The notes: generated by a model not told the origin, from the letters alone. Shown: positions 45,959 through 57,014, numbered from the stretch's first letter. The stretch: 64,000 nucleotides of DNA from an uncultured Actinomycetota bacterium (GCA_963770565.1 CAVYQE010000002.1:192001-256000); one strand, 5' to 3'. Numbers and translations: made by a program.

Positions 45959-46363
45959 CTGAGCCGTTTCGTCCGACCGGGACCGGCCACCCGGGTCATC
46001 TGCGCCGGTGCCGTGATCCGCGACGACAACGGCCGGCTGCTCATGGTGCGCCGTGGGGTCGAACCCGCCCGCGGCACCTGGTCGCTCCCCGGCGGGCGGG
46101 TGGAGCCCGGCGAGACACTCGAGGCGGCGGCCGCACGCGAGGTGCTCGAGGAGACCGGCCTGATGGTCTCGGTCGGCGAGCTGATCGCGACCGTCGACGT
46201 GATGGGTTACACCGTGCACGACTTCGCAGCAACGGCGACGGGCGGCACCCTCGCGGCCGGCGACGACGCGAGCGACGTGCGGTGGTGCACGCCCGAGGAG
46301 GTCGCGACGATGACGCTGTCACCGGGCCTGCTCGACGAGCTACGCCGGATGCGGGTCCTCTGA
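45959..46363 (+). CDS. NUDIX hydrolase (start uncertain: CTG 45959 or GTG 46013)
   Basis: WSLPGGRVEPGETLEAAAAREVLEETG, AGDDA. Confidence 0.85.
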   Translation: MSRFVRPGPATRVICAGAVIRDDNGRLLMVRRGVEPARGTWSLPGGRVEPGETLEAAAAREVLEETGLMVSVGELIATVDVMGYTVHDFAATATGGTLAAGDDASDVRWCTPEEVATMTLSPGLLDELRRMRVL

Positions 46364-46840
46364 CCCGTTAGCCACCGGCAGTACGACAGTGCAGAACGCA
46401 CACCGGGTCGCGTCGTACGGGATCGAGCTCTTGCACTCGGGGCAGACCTTCGTCTCGCTGTCGGTGCCGGTCGCCGGCTTGAACCTGGTCATCAAGTGGT
46501 TCACCGGCCGCACCACGAAGTAGTAGACGACGATGCCGATCAGCACCAGCGAGACCAGCGAGTTCAGGAAGTCGCCGTAGAGGAACTTGGAACCGCCGAC
46601 CTGCCAGTAGCGGGTCGAGAAATCCGAAGCCTTGCCGAGCGGGATCCCGACCAGCGGCGTGATGAAGTCGTTGACCAGCGACTTGACCACCGCGGTGAAC
46701 GCGGTGCCGATCACGATGCCGACCGCAAGGTCCACGACGCTGCCGCGCAGAACGAAGGTGCGGAAGCCCGACAGGTCGAGCCGGCGCGAGCCGCTGCGGA
46801 CGAGGTCTTCGAGCCGGTCGATGGGGTCGCGGTCACTCAT
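46340..46840 (-). CDS. mscL: large-conductance mechanosensitive channel with C-terminal Zn ribbon
   Basis: FVLRGSVVDLAVGIVIG, YGDFL; CPEC...CAFC. Confidence 0.9.
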   Translation of the reverse strand: MSDRDPIDRLEDLVRSGSRRLDLSGFRTFVLRGSVVDLAVGIVIGTAFTAVVKSLVNDFITPLVGIPLGKASDFSTRYWQVGGSKFLYGDFLNSLVSLVLIGIVVYYFVVRPVNHLMTRFKPATGTDSETKVCPECKSSIPYDATRCAFCTVVLPVANGSEDPHPA

Positions 46841-46859
46841 GACCCGATCAGTACCCCTT

Positions 46860-46924
46860 GATCTTCGCCGTCGAGACCAGATCTGGGGCGACACGCCGAA
46901 AAAGTGGTCGCGCCGGCGAAGATC
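46860..46924. repeat. palindromic REP-like element, family B, copy 2
   Basis: GATCTTCGCCG...CGGCGAAGATC, core GGCGACACGCC. Confidence 0.7.
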
Positions 46925-46931
46925 GGCCCGG

Positions 46932-47783
46932 CTACGGGCGGCGGATGTGTCCTTCGCCGATCGGCACGACCGACCCGCTCACCCGGCCCTCGACCGCGAC
47001 GCCGCCTTCGCACCGCACCTCGCACGACAGCCGCGACGGCCGGCCCATCTCCTCACCCTGGTTGACGACGTACGACGTCACCCCGTCGGCCGCCACCCGG
47101 CCGCAGGCCGCGAGCCACACGCCGAGACCGAGCGCCGCCGATCCAGTCGCGGGGTCCTCGGCCACGTCGGCCGCGAACATCCGTGCGTGCACGACGTGAT
47201 CGGCGTCGGAGAAGACGAGCACGCCGGTCGCACCGTCGAGGTTGCGCAGGCCGGTGAAGTCGGGTGCCGACCGGGCGACCGCGTCCGGTCGCACATGCAG
47301 GTAACCGAAGTTGATGCCCATGCCGCAGAACCGGACCGGGTCACCGACCATGTCATCGAGGCTCAGCCCGGCCGCGTTGAGCGCGGCGGAGGGATCGACC
47401 ACGTCACCGAGCGACGGCTTGCCGCCGGTCAACCGCACGGACTCGCCGTCGAGCACGAGCGGCAGAAGGCCGGCGCCGCACTCCTGCACGAGATCGCCGT
47501 CGGACACGCGGCCGATCGACCGCATCACCCACGCGGCACCGACCGACGGATGGCCGGCAAACGGCAACTCGGATCCGGGCGTGAAGATCCGCAACCGGTA
47601 GTCCGCCTCCGGCGTGGTCGCCGCCATCGGAAACACCGTCTCCGACAGGTTGAACTCGGCCGCGATCCGCTGCATCTGCTCGGTGGTCAGGTCCTCACCG
47701 TCGAGCACCACGGCGAGCGGATTGCCGGCGAAGGCCTGATCAGTGAAGACGTCCACCAGCCGGTACGGCAGTAGCTCGCTCAT
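46932..47783 (-). CDS. PhzF family isomerase
   Basis: VDVF, GNPLAV, NLSETVF, FAGHP, EDPATGSA. Confidence 0.92.
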   Translation of the reverse strand: MSELLPYRLVDVFTDQAFAGNPLAVVLDGEDLTTEQMQRIAAEFNLSETVFPMAATTPEADYRLRIFTPGSELPFAGHPSVGAAWVMRSIGRVSDGDLVQECGAGLLPLVLDGESVRLTGGKPSLGDVVDPSAALNAAGLSLDDMVGDPVRFCGMGINFGYLHVRPDAVARSAPDFTGLRNLDGATGVLVFSDADHVVHARMFAADVAEDPATGSAALGLGVWLAACGRVAADGVTSYVVNQGEEMGRPSRLSCEVRCEGGVAVEGRVSGSVVPIGEGHIRRP

Positions 47784-48541
47784 GTGATCGTCACCCCTCC
47801 GTCGACGACGATGGTCTGACCGGTCACGTAGCCGGCCGCGTCGGACACCAGCCAGACGAGTGTTGCGGCCAGCTCCTCGGACTGGCCGAGCCGGCCGCTC
47901 ACGACCCGCGGGCTCATCATCTCCAGGTAGCTGGGGTCGTACTGATCGGTCATCTCGGTCGCGAAGAACCCGGGTGCGATGCAGTTGACCCGAATCCCCT
48001 TGCGAACGGTCCACTGCTGAGCCAGGTCACGGGTGAGTCCCATCAGGCCGGCCTTTGACGCGGAGTATGCGGCTTGGGGAAGACCACCTGTGGTGAGGCC
48101 GATCACGCTGCCGATGTTGACGATCGTGCCGCTCCCGGCGGCGGCGCGGGCGAAGGCCTGTGCCATCCAGTAGCAGCCGTTGAGGTTGATGTCGATGACC
48201 GAACGGAACTGCTCGGGTGTCTCGCGGGTGGCCGGCACCGCGGTGCCGACTCCGGCGTTGTTGACCAGGATGTCCACCGCACCGAGCTGCTCGACCGCGG
48301 CTGCGACGAGTGCCTCGCAGTCCTCCGGGCGTGAGACGTCGGTCGCGACCGCGATCGCCCGCCGACCGAGCCCTGTCACCATCTCGCGGGTCTGCTCCAG
48401 TCGGTCGACCCGGCGCGCGCCGAGTGCAACATCGGCACCGGCCTCGGCGAGCGCACGCGCGAAGGCCACCCCCAAACCGGACGACGCACCGGTGACGACC
48501 GCGACCTTGCCGTCGAGCCGAAACATGTCGAGGACACTCAT
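47780..48541 (-). CDS. SDR family oxidoreductase
   Basis: TGASSGLG, NNAG, YSASK. Confidence 0.92.
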   Translation of the reverse strand: MSVLDMFRLDGKVAVVTGASSGLGVAFARALAEAGADVALGARRVDRLEQTREMVTGLGRRAIAVATDVSRPEDCEALVAAAVEQLGAVDILVNNAGVGTAVPATRETPEQFRSVIDINLNGCYWMAQAFARAAAGSGTIVNIGSVIGLTTGGLPQAAYSASKAGLMGLTRDLAQQWTVRKGIRVNCIAPGFFATEMTDQYDPSYLEMMSPRVVSGRLGQSEELAATLVWLVSDAAGYVTGQTIVVDGGVTIT

Positions 48542-48637
48542 GCTGGCCGACGATAGTGCCCGTCAGCCGCGGCTGATCACCGTGGTGGCCCGCCAACGTC
48601 CCAGATCCAGAGCACTTCCAGCGGTAATCTCCGAATC

Positions 48638-49903
48638 ATGGCGACCGGCACGGCGACGCGGATCTTCCTGGCGCGACTTGCCGGGTTGACCGTGCTCGAC
48701 CCCAATGCCGACCAAGTCGGCCGGATCCGCGACGTCGTCATCACGCTGCGCAGCGGTCATCAGCCGCCGCGAGTGCTCGGCATCGTGGTCGAGGTGCAGC
48801 CGCGCCGGCGGGTCTTCGTCCCGATCGGGCATGTCACCAGCATCGATGCCGACGCCGTCATCGTGCGCGGGCGGATCAACCTGCGCCGGTTCGAGCGCCG
48901 GGCCGAAGAGACCCTCGTCATCACCGAGCTGCTCGACCGCAAGGTGACCCTGGTGGAGGACGGCAGCCAGGTGCTCGTGGTCGACGTAGCGATGGACCAG
49001 AGCCGCACCCGGGACTGGTTCATCACCCGGGTCGCGGTACGGCCGACCGGCGGCTTCCGGCGGCGGGGCCAGCTGACCGTCGTGCACTGGGATGCGGTGA
49101 CCGGCTTCGCGCACGCTGAGGCCGACCAGGGCGCCGCCAACCTGCTGGCCGCCTTCGACCAGCTCCGCGCGCCGGACCTCGCCCACGTGCTGCACGAGCT
49201 GTCCGAAAAGCGGCGCGCTGAGGTGGTCGCTGCGCTCGACGACGAGCGGCTTGCCGACGTACTGGAGGAGCTGCCCGAAGACGACCAGGTCGAGATCCTC
49301 GCGACGCTGGCCGGCGAGCGCGCCGCCGACGTGCTCGAGGCGATGGCGCCCGACGATGCCGCCGACCTGCTCGGGGAGCTGCCGCCGGAGGAGGCCGAGC
49401 GGTTGCTGGCGTTGATGGAGCCGGGTGAGGCCGGTCCGGTCCGCCGCCTACTCACCTACTCCGAGAACACCGCCGGAGGCATGATGACCAGCGAGCCGGT
49501 GATCCTCTCGCCGGATTCCACCGTGGCCGAAGCCCTTGCCCGGGTCCGGGATCCGGAGATCTCGCCGGCCTTGGCGGCGCAGATCTACGTCTGCCGGCCG
49601 CCGACCGAAACTCCCACCGGAAAGTACGTCGGCATCGTCCACATCCAGCGGCTGCTGCGCGAGCCGCCGTCGTCCCTCGTGTCCGGAGTCGTCGACACCC
49701 AGATCGACCCGCTGAGCCCGGACTGCCCGCTGCCCGAGGTCACCGCGCACCTGGCCACCTACAACCTGGTCGCGATCCCGGTCGTCGACGACGCCGACCA
49801 CCTCCTCGGCGCGGTGACGGTCGACGACGTACTGGACCACTTGCTTCCGCCGGACTGGCGCGAGCGACCCACCGGTGAGGTCGGAGCCACCGATGGCTCG
49901 TAG
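48638..49903 (+). CDS. PRC/MgtE N-terminal/CBS domain protein
   Basis: MAPDDAADLL, TAGGMMT, GAVTVDDVLD. Confidence 0.88.
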   Translation: MATGTATRIFLARLAGLTVLDPNADQVGRIRDVVITLRSGHQPPRVLGIVVEVQPRRRVFVPIGHVTSIDADAVIVRGRINLRRFERRAEETLVITELLDRKVTLVEDGSQVLVVDVAMDQSRTRDWFITRVAVRPTGGFRRRGQLTVVHWDAVTGFAHAEADQGAANLLAAFDQLRAPDLAHVLHELSEKRRAEVVAALDDERLADVLEELPEDDQVEILATLAGERAADVLEAMAPDDAADLLGELPPEEAERLLALMEPGEAGPVRRLLTYSENTAGGMMTSEPVILSPDSTVAEALARVRDPEISPALAAQIYVCRPPTETPTGKYVGIVHIQRLLREPPSSLVSGVVDTQIDPLSPDCPLPEVTAHLATYNLVAIPVVDDADHLLGAVTVDDVLDHLLPPDWRERPTGEVGATDGS

Positions 49904-50417
49904 CGAAACTCGCAGCGAGAGCCGGCGGCCGCGCCTGGACCAGCCGCAGAACGCCCGGCGCAGCATCGGTCTGCCGCGCTACAACCCCGAGTCGATGGGC
50001 CGGATCTCGGAGCGGGTCGCGCGCTTCCTCGGCACCTGGCGCTTCATCGGCTACATGACGTTGTTCATCGTGATCTGGATCCTGTACAACCTGGTGGCTC
50101 CGAACGGCGTGCGGTTCGACGAATTCAGCAACAAGTTCACCCTGCTGACCCTGCTGCTCTCCCTGCAGGCGTCGTACGCCGCACCGCTGATCCTGCTCGC
50201 CCAGAACCGGCAGGCCGACCGCGACCGCGTGCAGTACGAACAGGACCGCGCCCTCAACGAACGCACTGTCGCGGACACCGAATACCTCGCCCGGGAGATC
50301 GCCTCGGTGCGGGTCTCGCTCGGCGAGGTCGCCACCCGCGACTTCCTTCGGGGCGAGCTGCAGCGTTTCATCGAGGAGATCGCTCCCGACGCTCAGGAAT
50401 CGGCCGCTCCCGAGTAA
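49893..50417 (+). CDS. DUF1003 membrane protein
   Basis: LSLQASYAAPLILLAQNRQ. Confidence 0.9.
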   Translation: MARSETRSESRRPRLDQPQNARRSIGLPRYNPESMGRISERVARFLGTWRFIGYMTLFIVIWILYNLVAPNGVRFDEFSNKFTLLTLLLSLQASYAAPLILLAQNRQADRDRVQYEQDRALNERTVADTEYLAREIASVRVSLGEVATRDFLRGELQRFIEEIAPDAQESAAPE

Positions 50418-50479
50418 TCAGCGCCGATCGCACGACGCCGGATCGAGCCGCCGCGCACGCGACATACCCTTGACTCACG

Positions 50480-51619
50480 ATGACTACCGCCACCCCGCCG
50501 ACCGTTGAGGCCGTCACTGCCGCGCTCGCGACCGTGAAGGACCCCGAGATCCATCGACCGATCACCGATCTGGGCATGGTCGAGCGGGTGACGGTCGCCG
50601 ACGACGGCGTGGTCGACGTGAAGGTGCTGCTCACCACTGCCGGATGCCCGCTCAAGGACCGGATCACGACCGATGTGACCGCGGCAGTCCGCGCACTCGA
50701 CGGCGTCACCGCCGTGCGAGTCGGCCTCGACGTCATGAGCGAGGAGCAGAAGGCCGCACTGCGTACGACGCTGCAAGGCGGCCGGCCGGCCCGGGAGATC
50801 TCCTTCGCCCAGCCCGGATCGCTGACCCGCGCCTATGCGATCGCGAGCGGCAAGGGGGGCGTCGGCAAGTCGTCGACCACGGTCAACCTCGCGGTCGCGC
50901 TGGCTCAGGAAGGCCTGACCGTCGGCGTGGTCGACGCCGACATCTACGGCCATTCGATGCCACGGATGCTGGGCATCACGACACCGCCGTCCGTCGTCGA
51001 CGGCATGATCGTGCCGCCGGAGGCATTCGGCGTGAAGGTCGTGTCGGCCGGCATGTTCATCGAGGACAACCGGGCGCTGGCCTTTCGCGGTCCGATGCTG
51101 CACAAGGCACTCGAGCAGCTGCTCGCGGACGTCTACTGGGGCGACCTCGACATCCTGTTGCTCGACTTGCCACCGGGCACCGGTGACATCGCGATCTCGA
51201 CCGCACAGCTGCTGCCGTCAGCCGAGCTGATCGTCATCACGACGCCGCAGCTGGCGGCCCGCGAGGTGGCCGAGCGGGCCGGCTCGATCGCCGCGATGAC
51301 CAAGCAGCGGCTGGCCGGCGTGATCGAGAACATGGCCGGCCTGCCATGCCCGCACTGCGGCGAGATGATCGATGTCTTCGGCGCAGGAGGCGGCGTCGCG
51401 GTGGCCGAGAGTCTCAGCCGGATCCTCGGCACCGAGGTGCCGTTGCTCGGCTCGGTGCCGATCGACCCGCGGGTGCGTGAAGGCGGCGACACCGGTCAGC
51501 CGATCGTGATCGCCGATCCGGACGCCGACGCCGCAATCGCGCTGCGCGCGATCGCGGCCAAGCTGAAGGCAAAGACCCGCGGGCTGGCCGGTCGCTCGCT
51601 CTCGCTCTCGCCGGTCTAG
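50480..51619 (+). CDS. mrp: Mrp/NBP35 Fe-S cluster carrier ATPase
   Basis: DPEI, GKGGVGKS, DLPPGTGD, CPHC. Confidence 0.93.
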   Translation: MTTATPPTVEAVTAALATVKDPEIHRPITDLGMVERVTVADDGVVDVKVLLTTAGCPLKDRITTDVTAAVRALDGVTAVRVGLDVMSEEQKAALRTTLQGGRPAREISFAQPGSLTRAYAIASGKGGVGKSSTTVNLAVALAQEGLTVGVVDADIYGHSMPRMLGITTPPSVVDGMIVPPEAFGVKVVSAGMFIEDNRALAFRGPMLHKALEQLLADVYWGDLDILLLDLPPGTGDIAISTAQLLPSAELIVITTPQLAAREVAERAGSIAAMTKQRLAGVIENMAGLPCPHCGEMIDVFGAGGGVAVAESLSRILGTEVPLLGSVPIDPRVREGGDTGQPIVIADPDADAAIALRAIAAKLKAKTRGLAGRSLSLSPV

Positions 51620-51648
51620 CGAACCCTCGCACCCGCCGATCGGCGGGG

Positions 51649-51978
51649 TCAGGTCGCGTCGGAGTCGAACGGAGGCGCTTCGTTGACCGCCAGCACGACC
51701 GGTTGGGCCTGACGCTCAGGCGCAGCCGGTGGATCGTCGTCGCCGAACAGCGCATCCTCGACGAAACGGCGCGGATGCAACGAGCGCAGGTCGAGGTCGG
51801 CCATCTCGGGGCCGAGCTCCGCGCGCAGGTCGTTTGCTGCGCCCCGCGCCATCGCCCGCAGCTGCCGCAGCAGTCGCGCCGCGTCGGCCGCGGCCTTCGG
51901 CAACCGGTCCGGTCCGAAGATGATCAGGCCGAGCACGGCCAGGACCAGGATCTCCTCCCAGCCCAGGTTGCCGAACAT
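51649..51978 (-). CDS. tatB: Tat translocase subunit TatB
   Basis: EILVL..LIIFGPDRLP, FDSDAT. Confidence 0.9.
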   Translation of the reverse strand: MFGNLGWEEILVLAVLGLIIFGPDRLPKAAADAARLLRQLRAMARGAANDLRAELGPEMADLDLRSLHPRRFVEDALFGDDDPPAAPERQAQPVVLAVNEAPPFDSDAT

Positions 51979-52001
51979 CCATCAAGCGTACGACGCGGTG
52001 C

Positions 52002-53255
52002 CTACTCGCTGGGGGCCGAGCCGAGGACGAGGGTCACGCTCTTGGTCTGCGAGCCACGATGGTAGGTGAGGGTCAGCCGCTGGCCGGGCACGTGCCGCCG
52101 GATCGCCACGATCAGCTCGTCCGCGGTGGTCACCTTCTGCCCGTTGACAGCCACGATGACGTCCCCGGACTTCATCCCCGCGTTTGCCGCCGGTCCGTGC
52201 GCCTGCACCGCCGCTCCGCCGGTGGGCGGAGGGCTGATCCGGGCCCCGGACCCGGAGTAGGCCGGATCGAGGTTGACGCCGATGATCGCGTGGGTCGAGA
52301 AGCCCTTCGTGATGATCTGGCCGGCGATCCGCTTGGCCTCGTTGATCGGGATCGCAAATCCGAGGCCGATGCTGCCGGACTGCTGGCCGCCGATCTGGTC
52401 GGTGGACAACGACGCAATCGCGGAGTTGACCCCGATCACCGCGCCATTGGCATCAACCAACGGGCCGCCGGAGTTGCCCGGGTTGATTGCGGCGTCGGTC
52501 TGGATCGCGTCGATCACGTCCTCGGGCAGGCCTTGCTCGCCACCGGCCTCGACCGGGCGGTTCACCGCACTCACGATCCCGCTCGTCACCGTGCCGGCCA
52601 GACCGAGCGGCGAGCCCACCGCGAGGACCGGGTCGCCGACCACGATCTGGTCGGAGTCACCGAGCAACGCCGGGTGCAGGGACTTCGACGACGCGATCTT
52701 GATCACGGCGATGTCATCGACCGGATCCGGGTGCCCGACCACCTTGGCGGAGACCGTGTTCTTGTCGGGGAGCACCACGGTCAGCACACCTGAGCTGCTG
52801 TGGACCGCCGCGATGACGTGGTTGTTGGTCAGGATGTAACCCGACTCGCTCAGCACAATGCCCGAACCGGTGTCGCCGCCGCTGGTGGTCTTGACGTCGA
52901 TCGAGACCACACTCGGCAGGATCTTCGCGGCCACGGCAGCCACCGACCCGGGCGAGCGTTGGGCCGAAGCGCCGTTGCTCGTGAAGGACCCGATCGTCAC
53001 CGAACCGACCAGACCGTTGCGATCCGAGTGATGCACGATCAGGCCGCCGATCGAACCTCCGACCAGCGCGCAGGCCAACCCAGTGAGGGCGAGGACAAAC
53101 CACGACCCATGGCCACCGCCGGACGAGCGCGGCTGGCGAGGCGGCGGTGGCGAGCCCCAGCCGCCTTGCGGCGCTCCCCAATACCCGCCGGACAGTGGTT
53201 CCTGGGGTGGCGGGGGATACGGCGGTGGCGCTGGTGACCAGCCTGGCTCGGTCAT
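52002..53255 (-). CDS. htrA: HtrA serine protease with PDZ domain
   Basis: TNNHV, DIAV, INPGNSGGP; TM anchor. Confidence 0.93.
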   Translation of the reverse strand: MTEPGWSPAPPPYPPPPQEPLSGGYWGAPQGGWGSPPPPRQPRSSGGGHGSWFVLALTGLACALVGGSIGGLIVHHSDRNGLVGSVTIGSFTSNGASAQRSPGSVAAVAAKILPSVVSIDVKTTSGGDTGSGIVLSESGYILTNNHVIAAVHSSSGVLTVVLPDKNTVSAKVVGHPDPVDDIAVIKIASSKSLHPALLGDSDQIVVGDPVLAVGSPLGLAGTVTSGIVSAVNRPVEAGGEQGLPEDVIDAIQTDAAINPGNSGGPLVDANGAVIGVNSAIASLSTDQIGGQQSGSIGLGFAIPINEAKRIAGQIITKGFSTHAIIGVNLDPAYSGSGARISPPPTGGAAVQAHGPAANAGMKSGDVIVAVNGQKVTTADELIVAIRRHVPGQRLTLTYHRGSQTKSVTLVLGSAPSE

Positions 53256-53301
53256 GTCCTCCATTGTCGGTCACGGCTCCCGATATCACTACGCTGACCT
53301 C

Positions 53302-53967
53302 GTGACCGAACGTAGCGAGGCCGATATCAGCCTGGCCAACCGCAGCTTCACCGAAGCCTGGCTGACCGAGGACGAGCCCCTGACCGACGCCCGGCCACGC
53401 GGCAGCGAGCTCGGTGCGGTCCCGATCGGATCGGGCGGTGGCGCCGTACTCCGGTTCCTGGCGGCCAGCCTGAACGCGCGGTCCGTAGTCGAGATCGGCA
53501 CCGGGGCCGGGGTTTCCGGCACCTGGCTGCTGCGCGGCATGGCCGAGGACGGCCTGCTGACCTCGATCGACCTGAAGGCCGAGCACCAGGTGGTCGCGCG
53601 GCGTACCTACGAGAACGCCGGCTTCGCCTCCTCGCGAGTGCGGCTCATCAGCGGGCCGGCGCTCGAGGTCCTGCCGCGGCTCAGCGACGGCGCCTACGAC
53701 CTCGTGTTCGTCGATGCCGCGAAGTCCGAGTACACGGCGTACCTCGCCGCGGCTCTGAGACTGCTGCGACCGGGCGGGATCGTGGCGTTCGACAACGCGC
53801 TGTGGCACGGGCGGGTGGCCGACCCGACCAATCGCGATGCCGACACGATCGGCTTGCGCGAGCTGCTGCGGCAAGTCCGCGACGATCCGCAACTCGTGCC
53901 GGTGCTGCTGCCCAGCGGCGACGGCCTGCTCGCCGCCGTCTTTCGTCCTGCTCCCGACTCTGACTAG
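53302..53967 (+). CDS. O-methyltransferase
   Basis: [21 protein letters not shown]; leaderless TACGCT-N6-GTG. Confidence 0.9.
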   Translation: MTERSEADISLANRSFTEAWLTEDEPLTDARPRGSELGAVPIGSGGGAVLRFLAASLNARSVVEIGTGAGVSGTWLLRGMAEDGLLTSIDLKAEHQVVARRTYENAGFASSRVRLISGPALEVLPRLSDGAYDLVFVDAAKSEYTAYLAAALRLLRPGGIVAFDNALWHGRVADPTNRDADTIGLRELLRQVRDDPQLVPVLLPSGDGLLAAVFRPAPDSD

Positions 53968-55202
53968 TCGGTCGGGACGACCTGGCCCTTGCCGAGTACG
54001 ACGATGCCTTCGGCGCTGACATGGAAACCACGGGCCCGATCGGCGTCATGATCAAGGCCGATCACGACGCCGGGCGGCACGGAGACGCCCTTGTCGATGA
54101 TCGCCCGGCGGAGCACCGCACCGCGGCCGACATCCACCCCGTGCATGAGCACGCACTCCTCGATCTCCGACCGGGAGTGCACCTTCACCGCCGGTGAGAG
54201 CACCGAACGCCGGACCGTGCCTCCCGAGACGATGCAGCCGGGAGACACCAGCGACTCGATCGCGCTTCCGGTTCGCCCCGGCTCGCCGTGCACGAACTTC
54301 GCCGGTGGCAGCGACGGGTTGGTCGACAGGATCGGCCAAGAGCTGTTGTAGAGATCGAACACCGGTCGCGTCGACACCAGGTCCATGTGGGCGTCGTGAT
54401 AGGCGTCGATGCTCCCGACATCGCGCCAGTAGCCCGCGTCCCGCTCGGTCGCACCCGGCACCGTGTTGGTGGTGAAGTCGTAGATCTGCGCCTCGCCGGC
54501 CGCGACGAGCGCCGGGATGACGTCGGCACCGAGGTCGTGATTGGAGTCCTCGTTGCGGGCATCGCGCCGGACCGCGTCGAGAAGTGCAGCCGTCGTGAAT
54601 ACGTAGTTGCCCATCGAGGCGAGCACGTGGTCGGGGTCACCGGGGATCCCGGGCGGATCGGCCGGCTTTTCGAGGAACTCGTCGATCGCGCACCCGTCGT
54701 CGCTGCGGATCACCCCGAGGGACGCCGACTGTTCGCGCGGCATCGGCAACGCCGCGACCGTGACACCCGCACCCGAGCCGATGTGCCGCTCGATCATCTG
54801 ACGGGCGTCCATCCGATAGACGTGATCCGCGCCGAAGACCACGACGTACGCCGGGTTCTCGTCGTAGATCAGGTTCAGCGACTGGTAGATCGCGTCCGCC
54901 GACCCGGCGAACCACTTCGGTCCGAGCCGTTGCTGCGCCGGCACCGGTGTGACGTAGTCGCCGAGCAGCGACGACATCCGCCAGTTGATCGAGATGTGCC
55001 GGTTGAGCGAGTGCGACTTGTACTGCGTCAGCACGACGAGGCGGCCGAGCTCAGAATTCACCAGGTTGGACAGGACGAAGTCGATCAGCCGATAGATCCC
55101 GCCGAAGGGAACCGCCGGCTTGGCGCGGTCCGCAGTCAGCGGCCAGAGGCGCTTGCCCTCGCCACCCGCGAGGACCATCCCGAGCACCCGCCGCTGTGCC
55201 AC
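53964..55202 (-). CDS. glgC: glucose-1-phosphate adenylyltransferase
   Basis: [30 protein letters not shown]. Confidence 0.95.
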   Translation of the reverse strand: MAQRRVLGMVLAGGEGKRLWPLTADRAKPAVPFGGIYRLIDFVLSNLVNSELGRLVVLTQYKSHSLNRHISINWRMSSLLGDYVTPVPAQQRLGPKWFAGSADAIYQSLNLIYDENPAYVVVFGADHVYRMDARQMIERHIGSGAGVTVAALPMPREQSASLGVIRSDDGCAIDEFLEKPADPPGIPGDPDHVLASMGNYVFTTAALLDAVRRDARNEDSNHDLGADVIPALVAAGEAQIYDFTTNTVPGATERDAGYWRDVGSIDAYHDAHMDLVSTRPVFDLYNSSWPILSTNPSLPPAKFVHGEPGRTGSAIESLVSPGCIVSGGTVRRSVLSPAVKVHSRSEIEECVLMHGVDVGRGAVLRRAIIDKGVSVPPGVVIGLDHDADRARGFHVSAEGIVVLGKGQVVPTD

Positions 55203-55206
55203 CGGC

Positions 55207-56679
55207 TCAGTGTCTCAGGCTCTCGAGCCACCGCAGGAAAGTCCGTACGCCGAAACCGGTTGCCCCCTTGGTGACCTCGTCCTCGTCGGCGTCGGAACGG
55301 GCCGGGCCGGCCACGTCGAGGTGCGCCCAGGGCACGCTGCCGACGAACTCCCGCAGGAACAGCGCGGCGACGATCGAACCGCCGCTGTACTCCTTGTCCC
55401 GGTCGCCAATGTTGCGCAGGTCGGCGATGTCGGAGTCGAGGGTGTCGCGGTAGTCGTCGACGAGCGGCATCGACCACAGCCGCTCGTTGGCCGTCGCTGC
55501 TGCGTTGAGCAGCTCGTCGCGCAACTCCGGCGTGGTCGCGTAGAGCGCGCCGTACCGCTGGCCGAGCGCGATCCGGACGGCACCGGTAAGGGTGGCGATG
55601 TCGACGACGACGTCCGGCTTCAGCGTGGCCACCGCGTAGGCCAGCGCGTCGGCCAGGACGACCCGGCCCTCGGCGTCGGTGTTGACCACCTCGTCGGTGC
55701 GCCCGCCGTAGTGCTGCACCACGTCACCGGGCCGCACCGCGGCCCCGCCCGGCATGTTTTCGGCCATCGGGATCAGGCCGGTCACTTTGACGGTCACATC
55801 GAGATCGCGGAGTGCCGCCAAGGTCGCGATCACGGCCGCGCCACCGGCCATGTCGGTCTTCATGGTCGGCATCGAGTCCGGGGTCTTGAGCGACAACCCG
55901 CCGGAGTCGAAGGTGATGCCCTTGCCGACCAGGACCACGTGTCGCTCGGCGCCCTCGGGCGCCCAGGTCATCTCGACGAAGCGGGGCGGTCGCGACGAGC
56001 CCTGCCCGACCGCGAGCACGCCGCCGAAGCCCTCCGCCGCCATCTGCGGCACGTCCCGCACCGTGACCGTGACGCCGGCCGCCTCGCCGAACTCACGCGC
56101 CTGGCCGGCCAGCCACTCCGGAGACTTGCCGAGCGACGGCGCGTTGGCGAGATCGCGGGCTCGATAGACCGCGGTCGCGACCGTGGCGGCCCGGGCTAGA
56201 TCGGCGCGTACCGCGCCGGGGTCGTCGACGACGAGCTTGGCCCGCTTGAGCGTCGCCGGCTGGCCCGAGCCGTTGAAGCTGAACCGGTACGACGCGAACG
56301 TCATGGCCTCGGCGATGGCACGAACCGTCCCCGGGTCGCGGTCGACCGACAGCGTCGTCGCCAGCGATCTGGACGTCTTGGCCCGCCGCGCGATCGCCGC
56401 CGCAGCCTTCCGCAATGCCGGTTCGGATCCGTCTCCGATCCCGGCGAGCAGGATGGTGTCGACACCGCCACGACGGACCGGGATCACGGTGACCTCGCCC
56501 GCCTTGCCGGTCGCCTTCTCAGCCTTCAGCGCGGCGACGGCATCGACGCCGAGCTCGGTCAGCGCCTCGGATCCGGCCCCGACCCGCGGTGCGCCGCTCG
56601 AGCGAGGAACCACCGGAAGGGCCAGCGCGGCGCCGCTACCGAGCAGTGGTCCCCGGGTGGCAGCGACCGTGAGCGTCAC
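55207..56679 (-). CDS. pepA: leucyl aminopeptidase (M17)
   Basis: [30 protein letters not shown]. Confidence 0.93.
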   Translation of the reverse strand: MTLTVAATRGPLLGSGAALALPVVPRSSGAPRVGAGSEALTELGVDAVAALKAEKATGKAGEVTVIPVRRGGVDTILLAGIGDGSEPALRKAAAAIARRAKTSRSLATTLSVDRDPGTVRAIAEAMTFASYRFSFNGSGQPATLKRAKLVVDDPGAVRADLARAATVATAVYRARDLANAPSLGKSPEWLAGQAREFGEAAGVTVTVRDVPQMAAEGFGGVLAVGQGSSRPPRFVEMTWAPEGAERHVVLVGKGITFDSGGLSLKTPDSMPTMKTDMAGGAAVIATLAALRDLDVTVKVTGLIPMAENMPGGAAVRPGDVVQHYGGRTDEVVNTDAEGRVVLADALAYAVATLKPDVVVDIATLTGAVRIALGQRYGALYATTPELRDELLNAAATANERLWSMPLVDDYRDTLDSDIADLRNIGDRDKEYSGGSIVAALFLREFVGSVPWAHLDVAGPARSDADEDEVTKGATGFGVRTFLRWLESLRH

Positions 56680-56695
56680 CGGCGCGCGCCCGCCC

Positions 56696-56863
56696 TCAGC
56701 CGACGGCGGTCTTGAGGGCGTCGCCGAGGTTGGTCGCCTCGGCCGGGGTCAACTCGACGACAAGTCGGCCGCCGCCCTCCAGCGGAACGCGCATGACAAT
56801 GCCACGTCCTTCCTTGGTCACCTCGAGCGGACCATCGCCCGTCCGTGGCTTCATGGCGGCCAT
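56696..56863 (-). CDS. DUF3117 family protein
   Basis: MAAMKPRTGDGPLEVTKEGRGIVMRVPLEGGGRLVVEL. Confidence 0.92.
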   Translation of the reverse strand: MAAMKPRTGDGPLEVTKEGRGIVMRVPLEGGGRLVVELTPAEATNLGDALKTAVG

Positions 56864-57014
56864 GCGCACGCTCCATTCGTTGTCTGAACCAGTGCAACGA
56901 ACCATTATCGCGGAGAGGGCCGCGTCTCGGAAATCGCCGGTCGGCCCGAGCGCTGTCGGACGCTCTCAGGCGCGGGTCCGCCGGGAGCGCGGGCGGACGG
57001 GGCACACTGCCCTG

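Noticed and set aside
46932-47783. Phenazine biosynthesis cluster
   Set aside because: Lone PhzF-family gene with no phzA/B/D/E/G.
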